From an uncultured Candidatus Saccharibacteria bacterium (GTDB lineage Bacteria > Patescibacteriota > Minisyncoccia > Minisyncoccales > JANBVM01), in NCBI GenBank assembly GCA_964450805.1, contig CAYVDD010000001.1:200595-252364 (forward strand): a stretch of 51,770 bases of DNA, given 5' to 3'. This document shows positions 28,417 through 37,432 of the stretch, piece by piece; positions within the stretch are counted from its first letter, which is position 1, and every line of letters begins with the position of its first letter. The position numbers and the translations under genes were made by a program. The notes under the pieces were generated by a model that made no database searches, was not told where the DNA came from, and saw only the letters and a list, made by a program, of their open reading frames with translations.

Positions 28417-30016
28417 ATTTTAGAGGCAATTCTATGTAAAATGTGGAGCCCCTTTTTTTGCCAGCACTCTTTACCCATATTTTTCCATTATGCATTTCTG
28501 TAAATTGTTTGGCAATATATAGACCCAAACCTGCCCCTTCTGTCCAAGTCCTTCTGCCAGCAGCTCCTCTTGAAAAAGTCTTAAATAGCATAGAAATCTC
28601 TGATTTAGTCATTCCTGCACCTGTATCTTTTATCTCAATTTTACACAAACTTTTGTCCTGGCTATAGGTTATTGTTATTCCTCCTTTATGAGTATATTTT
28701 ATCCCATTATCAATAATATTTAAAATCACCTGCCTTATTTTACTCATATCCATGAAAACTTTGTTATAGGGCTCTTTTTGTTTTTCCAGTTTAAGATAAA
28801 GATTCTTTGCTTTTGCTAAATTATTTAATTCTTCTAATACATCAGTAATTAATTCTTCTAAAAGGAATTCTTCTGGCTCAACTTTTATCTTTCCAGCTTC
28901 AATCCTTGAAATACTTAAAAGGTCATTAACTAACTTTATCAATCTTTCTACAGAACTATAGATATTGCTCAAAGGCTTTCTCATTTTAGGAAGAAATGCT
29001 CCATAGGTTTTATCTGTTATCAAAGAAACATATCCTTTTATAGCTGTCAAAGGAGTTCTTAACTGATGAGATGCAATAGAAATAAATTCTGATTTAGCAA
29101 TATCAAGTTTTTTTAATTCTCTGTATGCTTTTTCTAAATCTTTACTTATTTTTTCAATCTGCTCTCTTCTTCTTATTTCTTCTATTGTGGCTCTGATTAA
29201 GTAATAGCCAAAAACAATAAATAAGATAAATATACTCCAATTTAAAACTTGATTCCAGAGACCATCACTTACTAAAGCCTGAAACAGTAAAATCACTCCT
29301 ATTAATGTAACCAAAATCTCAGTTAAAATAACTTTGATTCCAAAAAGATAATGCCTTACAATTGCATAGGCAGTAATTCCTAAAAAAATCAAAATAAACA
29401 AAAAACCAAAAGGATAAAACTCTATTCCATAATTAACAAGAAAATCAGATGCAGCAAAAATATAAAAGACTAAAGCCAATAACATGTATTTGGCTTGATG
29501 ACGTTTCATAGATTGCACCCCTTCTTTTTTTAAAAAAGAGATTAAAAGGTAAATAATTCGAATACTTATAAAAGAAAGGAATAAAAGATATAAAGGATGA
29601 AGTGGTCCAGCTTTTGGATAAAATCCCCAAAAATATTTATAAAAGCCGTCTATAAAATAATCAGTTTTCCATAAAATTAGTTCAAAAATCAAACCAAATA
29701 AATAGGAAAAATAAAGCAAATATTTATCAAATTTGGAAATTCTTCCCAAAAATGAAAGAAAAAAATGAAAGAAAAAAATAGGAATAAATATTATTCCAAT
29801 ATGGCCGATTTTAACTAAATAATTTGCCAATATTTCGTTTTGAATGTTAAACAAAATAAACCAAGTAAATTGCCACCAAGAAGTAACAAAACAAACAAGA
29901 AGAAAATTGGTGTTAATGGCAGATTTTCTATTACTCCAATAAACAGAGACCCCTAACAATAAAAACAAAATTGAACTTAAAAATGGCGGTATAGTATATA
30001 ATGTAAAGAATTCCAT
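28400..30016 (-). CDS. Sensor histidine kinase with N-terminal multi-TM (HisKA_7TM-like) domain
   Basis: About 9 TM segments; SHQLRTPL H-box, NIIDNGIKY, DTGAG, GAGLGL. Confidence 0.95.
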   Translation of the reverse strand: MEFFTLYTIPPFLSSILFLLLGVSVYWSNRKSAINTNFLLVCFVTSWWQFTWFILFNIQNEILANYLVKIGHIGIIFIPIFFFHFFLSFLGRISKFDKYLLYFSYLFGLIFELILWKTDYFIDGFYKYFWGFYPKAGPLHPLYLLFLSFISIRIIYLLISFLKKEGVQSMKRHQAKYMLLALVFYIFAASDFLVNYGIEFYPFGFLFILIFLGITAYAIVRHYLFGIKVILTEILVTLIGVILLFQALVSDGLWNQVLNWSIFILFIVFGYYLIRATIEEIRRREQIEKISKDLEKAYRELKKLDIAKSEFISIASHQLRTPLTAIKGYVSLITDKTYGAFLPKMRKPLSNIYSSVERLIKLVNDLLSISRIEAGKIKVEPEEFLLEELITDVLEELNNLAKAKNLYLKLEKQKEPYNKVFMDMSKIRQVILNIIDNGIKYTHKGGITITYSQDKSLCKIEIKDTGAGMTKSEISMLFKTFSRGAAGRRTWTEGAGLGLYIAKQFTEMHNGKIWVKSAGKKRGSTFYIELPLKYEEKS

Positions 30017-30111
30017 GAGGTTTATCTATTTATACAAAGTCGCAACGTTTATAAAAAATACCTTTTATTAAAAACAAAATAATCTTTAAATTAAAATTAT
30101 TTTAAGGTAGA

Positions 30112-30612
30112 CTATATTGGTAAAAGAGCGTCCGTTAAAATAGTTCTTAATTTATTAGGAATTTTTTCCGGAGTACCTTTTAAGTCTGTGTATATAATTG
30201 TTTGCTTTCCAGTAGCGAAAACTTCTTTTTTTTGAGGATTAATAAACTCTGCCCCTAAATCAAAACTTGTATTTCCTATTTTAAGAACTCGCATTCTAAC
30301 AATCATTATATCTCCAAAGCGAAAATTTTTCTTGAAATTATAAGAAGCATTACAAGTCTGAAGTAGAAAAATTCGGCCCATATCAGCAGCAAATCCAGGA
30401 ATATGATCTAATGCAAACAGTTCCCTAGCTTTACCAAAAAAGCTTGCATAATGATTATGACTCATAGTACCTTCTAGATTAATTTCTTCAAGCGTAATCC
30501 GAACAAAGTAATCATAAAATAAACTTTGTTTATCTCGATCTATTCTACCAATAGTCGGAATATCGAACTTTGAAGGATTGGATATAGATTTATTTTTTTT
30601 TCTTTTCTTCAT
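30112..30612 (-). CDS. Hot-dog fold acyl-thioesterase (4HBT/YbgC-like)
   Basis: RITLEEINLEG...Y..FFGKARE; FGD...; GNTSF; ATGKQTI. Confidence 0.8.
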   Translation of the reverse strand: MKKRKKNKSISNPSKFDIPTIGRIDRDKQSLFYDYFVRITLEEINLEGTMSHNHYASFFGKARELFALDHIPGFAADMGRIFLLQTCNASYNFKKNFRFGDIMIVRMRVLKIGNTSFDLGAEFINPQKKEVFATGKQTIIYTDLKGTPEKIPNKLRTILTDALLPI

Positions 30613-30689
30613 TTATTTTATTTATTATTTTTCCTCAGCTATTTTATCCTGAGGTTGTTAATTTTTCTTCCATATTATATTATTTTAAC

Positions 30690-31985
30690 TTAAAGTTTTT
30701 TTAATTTCAAACTAATATCACTATAAATATCCCCTGCTCCCATAATAATTACTACTTCCCCACCCTTTAAATTTTGTTTTAAAAACTCAATTATCTTTTC
30801 TTTTACAATATAAGTTACAGAATCTTTCCCAACAGCTTCAACCAATTTTTGAGAACTTACTTTTTCTCTAATTTCTTTTTCTTCTCTGCCTGCTACATCA
30901 TAAATATCAGTTATAATCAATTTATCTACTGGTGCGTTTTTAAAAGTTTCAATGAAGTCATCAAATAAATAATGAGTTCTTTGATATTGATGAGGCTGAA
31001 AAACACACCAGATTTTTCTATCAGGATATTTCTCTTGAGCTGCTTTTAGAGTAACCCTGATTTCAGTTGGATGATGAGCATAGTCATCAATTAAAGTATA
31101 AGGCTTAGGACCCAGTATTTCAGTGATTTCAAATCTGCGCCAAGAACCTTTATACTCTGATAATGCTTTATGGGAATCTATGTCTTGAATTTTTAAAATT
31201 CTGGCAACTTTTAAAGCTGCTAAAGCATTAGAAACATTAAAATCACCAGGAACCTGCAGAATATCTTTAATACCTGCAGCTTCTTTATCTTTTAAAGAAT
31301 ACCAGTCTGCATTTTCAATAATCCTCTGGATATTTTCATCATCTTTATTTGCAACTATAATTCCATCTTTTTCCAAATTAGCAGTAAATTTTTTAAATCC
31401 ATTTAAAACACCTTCTAAATTACCATAGTGGTCTAAATGATCTGCTTCAATTGTTGTTAAAACAATAATATGAGGATAATAATTCAAGAATGATTCAAAG
31501 TGCTCGCAGGCTTCAATGACTAAGTATTTTGAATTTCCTACTCTACAACTTGAATTGTCAAACTCCTTAATTCTTGTTCCTACTATAACAGTAGGATCTA
31601 ATCCTGCTTTTGCAAGCAATAGTCCTATCATTGAAGTTGTTGTGCTTTTTCCATGACTCCCAGCAACAGCTATTGTAAAATATTTTTTAGTCAATTCTCC
31701 AAGAGCTTGAGGATAAGTCATTATCTTTAAACCAGTTATTTTAGCTTTTTCAAGCTCAGGATTATTCTCTGGTATTGCTGGACTATAAATTACCATACTA
31801 ACATCACTAGCTACATTCTCTGGTTTATGTTTCCCTATAAAAAGCTTAACATTTCTTTGTTTGAACCAGTCAGTAATCTCTGAAGAAACTAAATCAGAAC
31901 CAATTATTTCATGGCCTTTCTCAAAATAGTATTTAGCTAAAGCAGACACTCCTATCCCACCAATACCAATAAAATGGATTTTCAT
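30690..31985 (-). CDS. murC: UDP-MurNAc--L-alanine ligase
   Basis: HFIGIGGIGVS, GSHGKSTT, EADHLD, DDYAHHPTE, FQPH, MGAG. Confidence 0.97.
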   Translation of the reverse strand: MKIHFIGIGGIGVSALAKYYFEKGHEIIGSDLVSSEITDWFKQRNVKLFIGKHKPENVASDVSMVIYSPAIPENNPELEKAKITGLKIMTYPQALGELTKKYFTIAVAGSHGKSTTTSMIGLLLAKAGLDPTVIVGTRIKEFDNSSCRVGNSKYLVIEACEHFESFLNYYPHIIVLTTIEADHLDHYGNLEGVLNGFKKFTANLEKDGIIVANKDDENIQRIIENADWYSLKDKEAAGIKDILQVPGDFNVSNALAALKVARILKIQDIDSHKALSEYKGSWRRFEITEILGPKPYTLIDDYAHHPTEIRVTLKAAQEKYPDRKIWCVFQPHQYQRTHYLFDDFIETFKNAPVDKLIITDIYDVAGREEKEIREKVSSQKLVEAVGKDSVTYIVKEKIIEFLKQNLKGGEVVIIMGAGDIYSDISLKLKKL

Positions 31986-31986
31986 A

Positions 31987-32544
31987 CTATTTTCCTAAAG
32001 CTATTGATTGAAGCAGTGTGTATTCTGCTCCAGTTCTTTTTAAATAGCTCTGCATTATTTCTATTGAATTCACCTCAAAGTCTAAATTAATATCTTGTTT
32101 AATCTGCGGTCTTTCTTCAAGTTCAATTTTTTTAAACTGCCATTGATCAAGCCTTGCTAAAGTTATATGAACACTATATGGCCTGCCTTCTTTTTTAAAA
32201 GAAAGACTGGATAAAGAATTTTCTAAATCACTCTGCAGCTTTCCCAGCTCTTCTGATTTTTCTCCCTCTGCCCAAACCATTCTTGGTGTTTTTTCAGGAG
32301 GACCATAACAAACCTTATTTAAAACCAATGAAAAAGCATTATGTTTTTTCGCAACTTCTTCAGTGGTTTTCAATATCCCAGGGATTTCATGCTCACGAAC
32401 ATAACCTAAAAAAACCAACGTAATATGAAGATTTTGCTTTTTTGTCCATCTGGCCGGCAGTTCCGGATATTTTGTCTGGAAATTGCTCAATCTATTTTTA
32501 ATCTTTTCAGGAAGATTAATGGCAATAAAAAGTCTATGACGCAT
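31987..32544 (-). CDS. thpR: RNA 2',3'-cyclic phosphodiesterase (2H family)
   Basis: RLFIAI and two HITL motifs. Confidence 0.93.
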   Translation of the reverse strand: MRHRLFIAINLPEKIKNRLSNFQTKYPELPARWTKKQNLHITLVFLGYVREHEIPGILKTTEEVAKKHNAFSLVLNKVCYGPPEKTPRMVWAEGEKSEELGKLQSDLENSLSSLSFKKEGRPYSVHITLARLDQWQFKKIELEERPQIKQDINLDFEVNSIEIMQSYLKRTGAEYTLLQSIALGK

Positions 32545-32638
32545 AATTTTACTATAACACAGGTTAAAATTAAATAAATACCTAATTGATGATTTTTCTT
32601 AAATAGTCTACAATAAATAGCATTGAAGTTTTTAACAC

Positions 32639-33814
32639 ATGAATAACCAAACTCCAAAAATAGGAATAAGTGAAATAGCTGTTTCAATTCCAAAATGGTT
32701 TATTGGAGTAGGAAAAATAGCTAAAAAAAGACAACTACCACTGGAATATGTCAATAATGGATTAGGACTTATTCAAGCCAGAATTCCTTATAAAACATCT
32801 TTAGAAGATTTAATTATTGAAGCTCTTGAAAAAATAAACTATCAGAACGCTGATAGGTTTTTTATAGCTACTGAATCAGACTATGACCTGGCAAAGCCTA
32901 AAATCTCAATTAAAACCCTTAATAAAAGACTAAAACTCACTATAGTTCCTTTTCAGATAAAATTTGCTTGTTTATCAGGTGTTCAGGCCATTCTTTTGGC
33001 TTGTGAATATGCTGTTGCTCATAGCAAACCAGCTATTGTAATAATAGCAGACCGTTCCTTGTATGAAGGTCACAAAGCAGAAATTACCCAAGGAGCTGGA
33101 GCAATAGCTTTAAAAATAGAAAAAAATCCTAAAATACTGGAATTAGATTTTAAACAGTTTGGACAATATGGCAAAGATATTGATGATTTTAAAGTTCCAA
33201 TTAACACTGCTCCTTTTCCTATGGTCAATGGGCCTTTAACTAAATCTTCGTTCATTAAATGCGTAATCAGAGCTATTGATGATTATAAGCAGAAAAATCA
33301 GGAATTCGGCTCAATAATAAAAAATACTGATAAGATTGTAATGCACACTCCTTTTCCTAAAATGGTTATCTGGGCTTCAGCAGCCTTATGGCGCTATGAA
33401 AATTACAATGAAGATTTTTTTACTCTAATAACAGAATGCATAAGCAATCCGCAAATATTCCCAAAATTTAAAAAACTTCTTGATGAAGTACGTGAAATTG
33501 CTGAATTTCAGAAATTTTTTCAAGAAAAAGTAAAATCAGGCCTTCGATATAATCCATATATTGGCAACTGCTACACTGCTTCTGTTTTTATTGCTCTAAT
33601 TTCTGCTCTTGAAAACATGCAGGCCAATCAGAATATTTGTCTCGTAGGATATGGAGGCGGTTCAGGATCTTTAGTGTTAATGGGAAAAACAATAAAAAAC
33701 AATTTTAAAAGCGACCTAATTTATCAAATAAAAAGCGGCAAAGAATTAAGCAACCAACAATATCAGGACTGGAGAACTGAAACCGTTAAAAAAATCAGAG
33801 GATCTCTGGTTTAA
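32639..33814 (+). CDS. mvaS: Hydroxymethylglutaryl-CoA synthase family protein
   Basis: ATES, FAC, TQGAGA, HTPF, GNCYTAS, GYGGG; catalytic E/C/H retained. Confidence 0.85.
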   Translation: MNNQTPKIGISEIAVSIPKWFIGVGKIAKKRQLPLEYVNNGLGLIQARIPYKTSLEDLIIEALEKINYQNADRFFIATESDYDLAKPKISIKTLNKRLKLTIVPFQIKFACLSGVQAILLACEYAVAHSKPAIVIIADRSLYEGHKAEITQGAGAIALKIEKNPKILELDFKQFGQYGKDIDDFKVPINTAPFPMVNGPLTKSSFIKCVIRAIDDYKQKNQEFGSIIKNTDKIVMHTPFPKMVIWASAALWRYENYNEDFFTLITECISNPQIFPKFKKLLDEVREIAEFQKFFQEKVKSGLRYNPYIGNCYTASVFIALISALENMQANQNICLVGYGGGSGSLVLMGKTIKNNFKSDLIYQIKSGKELSNQQYQDWRTETVKKIRGSLV

Positions 33815-33815
33815 T

Positions 33816-34112
33816 ATGAAATTTTCAATTGAAAACAAAAATAAAGAAAATATTTCAACCCTAATTAGAAAAATTGGTTATCATTATTTAGGCAAAACCG
33901 AAAAACAAGAATTTAATCTTATAAGATTATTGGAAAAAGGCGGTTATCCAAGATTTCATCTTTATTTAAAAATAACTCCTCAAGAGTTATTTTTTAACTT
34001 ACACCTAGATCAAAAAAGGCCAGTTTACAAAAATGCTCCAGCTCACAGTGCTGATTATGAAGGTAAAGTTGTAAAACAAGAAGCAGAAAGAATAAAACAA
34101 TTATTAAGATAA
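33816..34112 (+). CDS. Small hypothetical protein
   Basis: 98 aa, directly follows mvaS; YPRFH...HLDQ motif. Confidence 0.75.
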   Translation: MKFSIENKNKENISTLIRKIGYHYLGKTEKQEFNLIRLLEKGGYPRFHLYLKITPQELFFNLHLDQKRPVYKNAPAHSADYEGKVVKQEAERIKQLLR

Positions 34113-35216
34113 TTAAGTTTCTCTTTTATTTAAAATAAATTCCTCAACCATTTCTCTTGCTTTTTCATCAACAAATTGTTCTGGAGGATGTTTCATAAAA
34201 TAAGCTGAAGCTGAAATCAAAGGACCAGCTATTTTCCTGTCCAAAGCAAGTTTAGCCAATCTAATTAAGTCAATAATACAGCCAGCTGAGTTTGGAGAGT
34301 CATTTACCTGTAAACGCATTTCAATTTCTAAGGGTAAATTTCCAAACTGTCTTCCTTCAAGCCTGATAAATGCTAATTTAGTATCTTTTAACCAGGGAAC
34401 ATAATCAGAAGGCGCAATGTGTAAATCATCATAACTCAGCTTTCTTGAAAGTTGAGATTGAACGCTTTCTGTTTTAGAAATCTTTTTTGATTTTCCTCTC
34501 TCGCGCGCTATTAAATTCATAAAATCAGTGTTTCCGCCAACATTTAACTGATAAGATTTTAAAACATGCACACCTCTGTTTGAAAAAAGATTAGCTAAAA
34601 CCCTGTGAACAATAGTTGCCCCAACCTGACTTTTTATATCATCCCCTATTATAGGCAATCCTTTTTTCTTAAATTTATTTGACCATTTTTTATCAGAAGC
34701 AATAAAAACAGGAATACAATTTATTAAAGCGCAGTTAGCTTTTAAAGCTTCTTCAGCATAAAATCTTATTGCTTTTTCTGAACCAACTGGTAAAAGAGTT
34801 ACTAAAATCTGGGATCCTGATTTCTTAAGCTCTTCAGCCACATTAACTGCTTTTTCTTTGCTTACAGCAAATGCCTTGTCTCGAGGGTATTGCTTGAAAT
34901 GTTCAGACACTCCGTCTAAAAGAGGGCCCATTTTTACTTTTACGCCTAAATTTGGTATGTTTGTATAAAAGGTCTCTACACAGTTTGGTTTTGCAAACAT
35001 TGCTTTTGAAGCATCCTTACCCACTTTTCTTTTGTCAACTTCAAAAACAGCTACGATTTTAATATTTCTTGGCTTGTATTCCTCTATAGAATTATGCATA
35101 AGACCTGGAATCAATTCATCCCCGTTTTTAACGTCCTTATAATAATAAATTCCTTGAATCAGAGCTGAGGCGCAGTTGCCCAGGCCTGCTATTGCAATCT
35201 TTATATCTTTTTTCAT
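34113..35216 (-). CDS. ino1: myo-inositol-1-phosphate synthase
   Basis: GLGNCASAL.QG, LPVGSE, GDDIKSQVGAT, GGNTDF.N, SKKISKT, DSPNSAG, SAYFMK. Confidence 0.96.
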   Translation of the reverse strand: MKKDIKIAIAGLGNCASALIQGIYYYKDVKNGDELIPGLMHNSIEEYKPRNIKIVAVFEVDKRKVGKDASKAMFAKPNCVETFYTNIPNLGVKVKMGPLLDGVSEHFKQYPRDKAFAVSKEKAVNVAEELKKSGSQILVTLLPVGSEKAIRFYAEEALKANCALINCIPVFIASDKKWSNKFKKKGLPIIGDDIKSQVGATIVHRVLANLFSNRGVHVLKSYQLNVGGNTDFMNLIARERGKSKKISKTESVQSQLSRKLSYDDLHIAPSDYVPWLKDTKLAFIRLEGRQFGNLPLEIEMRLQVNDSPNSAGCIIDLIRLAKLALDRKIAGPLISASAYFMKHPPEQFVDEKAREMVEEFILNKRET

Positions 35217-35247
35217 AATATTAAGTTATTATTATTTAATTATTATG

Positions 35248-35278
35248 GTATTTTACAGCCGTAAAATACTATGGTCAA
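35248..35278 (-). promoter_or_regulatory. ino1 promoter (TTGACC-17-TAAAAT) overlapped by a perfect palindrome, candidate PadR operator
   Basis: GTATTTTAC-AGCC-GTAAAATAC at 35248-35269. Confidence 0.75.
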
Positions 35279-35288
35279 GTGGAAAACC

Positions 35289-35591
35289 ATGCTTCCTTTA
35301 GAACGTCTTAAAAAATCAAACACTAAAGAAAACTTATGGATATATATTCTTTACCTGCTTAAACAAGGAAATACTTATGGATGGGAAATTTTAGGATTAA
35401 TTAAAAAAAAGTTTAATTTTAAGCCTGGAAAAATTACTCCTTATCGAGTGCTTTACAGATTGAAAAAAAACGGCTTTGTCAAAAGCAAAATGAAAAAAAG
35501 AAGAAGAATGTATCAGATTACAAAAAAAGGTGAAGAAGAATTAAAACGAGCTAAAGAATTCTACGAAAAAGTTTTGAAAAAATTAAGATGA
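35289..35591 (+). CDS. PadR-family transcriptional regulator
   Basis: YGWEI, Y.VL.RL...G, RRMYQITKKG; ATG 35289 preferred over 35271. Confidence 0.9.
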   Translation: MLPLERLKKSNTKENLWIYILYLLKQGNTYGWEILGLIKKKFNFKPGKITPYRVLYRLKKNGFVKSKMKKRRRMYQITKKGEEELKRAKEFYEKVLKKLR

Positions 35592-36253
35592 ATAAAAAAC
35601 TAGCTCAAATATTATACGAGATAGGAGAATTATTAGATATTCAAGGAGTAGCTTATAAACCTAAAGCTTATCGAAAAGCTGCCAGAGCTTTAGAAAACCT
35701 GAAAGAAAATATTTCCCAAATTTATAAGAAACAAGGAATTAAAGGAATAAAAAAGGTTCCGGATATTGGAGAAAGTATTGCCAAAAAAATTGAAGAATAT
35801 TTAAAAAATAAAAAAATTAAATATCATGAAGAATTAAAGGAAAAATCAGCTATTCGACAGATTATTACTTATTATTTTAAAACCAAGGGGTTGAGTTTAG
35901 CAGAACTTAAAAAAAATGCTAAAAAAAGAAAAATAGTTTATTCCCGATTCACTAAACCAGCTAAACAGCTTCTATTATTAGCAGGTTCTGTGGAAAAAGC
36001 TAAAGCTGCCATTTCTAAAGTGGCTGAATGGGCAAAGTCAAGGAATCTGGACTATGCCATAGAAACAGTTTTTAAAAAATGGCTGGAACTGGACAAATTA
36101 AAACCAAAAGAAATTGTTAAAAAACCATACTACAGAGACGATCCAATGGTATGGTCAGAAACAAAAAGAAAATGGTATGTTATTGATACAAAAGGCAACT
36201 GGCTTGAATTTGCTGCAAAAGAATCAGACATAGAGTGGCGTATTGTTAAATAA
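35588..36253 (+). CDS. PolX/Pol beta N-terminal HhH (8-kDa) domain fused to an unknown C-terminal domain
   Basis: N..LA..L.E...AYRKAA..L...IG.SIAKKI.EY; no polymerase palm. Confidence 0.8.
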   Translation: MNKKLAQILYEIGELLDIQGVAYKPKAYRKAARALENLKENISQIYKKQGIKGIKKVPDIGESIAKKIEEYLKNKKIKYHEELKEKSAIRQIITYYFKTKGLSLAELKKNAKKRKIVYSRFTKPAKQLLLLAGSVEKAKAAISKVAEWAKSRNLDYAIETVFKKWLELDKLKPKEIVKKPYYRDDPMVWSETKRKWYVIDTKGNWLEFAAKESDIEWRIVK

Positions 36254-36260
36254 AAACTAT

Positions 36261-36821
36261 ATGTTAAGTTATTCGGAGTTAAAAAGAAAATCAAGGATTA
36301 TTTTAGACAATGAACCTTATGAAATAATTGAAACAAGCTCTACTGTTAAAGCAAGGGGTAGTTCTGTTTTGCAAACAAAATTAAGAAATTTAAAAACAGG
36401 AAATGTTGTTTCTAAGACTTTTCATCCAGGAGATACGTTTGAAGAGCCTGAAATATTTAAATCAGAAGTTAAGTTTTTATACTCACACAGAAATAAATTT
36501 GTGTTTGCTGAAAAAGACAATCTTTCTAAAAGATTTGAATTAACAGTCCAGCAGATTGGTAAAAAAACAGATTTTTTAAAGCCGAATCAAGTTGTTGAAG
36601 CCCTGATTTTTAAAAATGAGGTGATAAACGTTTCTTTGCCTGTTAAAATTCATTTAAAAATCAAAGAAGCTCCGCCAAGCGTAAAAGGAGAATCTCAATC
36701 TGGAAATAAAAGTGTGGTTTTAGAGACTGGAGCTAAAATCACTGTCCCTTCTTTTATTAAAACAGGAGATATTATTGAAATTAACACAGAAACCAGAGAA
36801 TATGTAAGAAGGGTTGAGTAG
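36261..36821 (+). CDS. efp: Elongation factor P
   Basis: KLRNLKTG, FLY, LETGAKITVP.FI..GD.I.INT...EY..R. Confidence 0.93.
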   Translation: MLSYSELKRKSRIILDNEPYEIIETSSTVKARGSSVLQTKLRNLKTGNVVSKTFHPGDTFEEPEIFKSEVKFLYSHRNKFVFAEKDNLSKRFELTVQQIGKKTDFLKPNQVVEALIFKNEVINVSLPVKIHLKIKEAPPSVKGESQSGNKSVVLETGAKITVPSFIKTGDIIEINTETREYVRRVE

Positions 36822-36887
36822 TGTGTTGCATTGACATATATTTTAAATTTATTAAAATAAAGTATATAAACATTAATAAAGCCTAAT

Positions 36888-37112
36888 ATGGTTCTTCATC
36901 ATATACCAACTGATAAGCAGAAAAAATACCTCAAAATAAAAGAAGTGGCAGAATTATTCGGAGTTACTCCTCTGACGCTTCGCAATTGGGACAAAGCAGG
37001 CAAACTTAAAGCATATCGTCATCCCATAAATAATTACCGATTATATAAACCAGAAGAGATAGAAATTCTCTTGAGAAAAATTGAATCTGGAAAAAAAATG
37101 ATGCTTGGATAA
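36888..37112 (+). CDS. MerR-type HTH DNA-binding protein
   Basis: IKEVAELFGVTPLTLRNWD..GKL...R...NYRLY; TTGACA-16-TAAAAT at 36831-36858. Confidence 0.88.
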   Translation: MVLHHIPTDKQKKYLKIKEVAELFGVTPLTLRNWDKAGKLKAYRHPINNYRLYKPEEIEILLRKIESGKKMMLG

Positions 37113-37129
37113 GAATTTCTTTTTAAAAC

Positions 37130-37163
37130 AAAAACTGATGTCTTTTTTAAAACACCAGTTTTT
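37130..37163. terminator. Bidirectional terminator between convergent small genes
   Basis: AAAAACTG.TGT...ACA.CAGTTTTT. Confidence 0.7.
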
Positions 37164-37183
37164 TTAATTCAAATTTCTATTCT

Positions 37184-37333
37184 TTATCTACGAGATTTAG
37201 TGGGTCCAGACTCTAAAGCCCGCAATCGCTTCATTGCTGTTCTGGCTGTATTAGCGGTTGGATAAGTTTTTTTCTTAGTCCACTTACCTCCTTTTTTTAC
37301 GTATAAAGTTTTCTTAAATCTTTTATATGGCAT
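37184..37333 (-). CDS. 49-aa basic microprotein
   Basis: Manual translation MPYKRFKKTLYVKKGGKWTKKKTYPTANTARTAMKRLRALESGPTKSRR; TATAAT upstream, terminator downstream. Confidence 0.7.
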   Translation of the reverse strand: MPYKRFKKTLYVKKGGKWTKKKTYPTANTARTAMKRLRALESGPTKSRR

Positions 37334-37432
37334 AGTTATTATATATGCAAGATAACCTTATTTTTTAAAAATTTCAAGCTGTATAAAAAGACTTCTTAAA
37401 TAAAGGTTAGGTTATTATTATTTCTATTTAAA

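Noticed and set aside
36888..37112. IS607 resolvase or prophage excisionase
   Set aside because: HTH only; no recombinase, transposase or phage genes nearby
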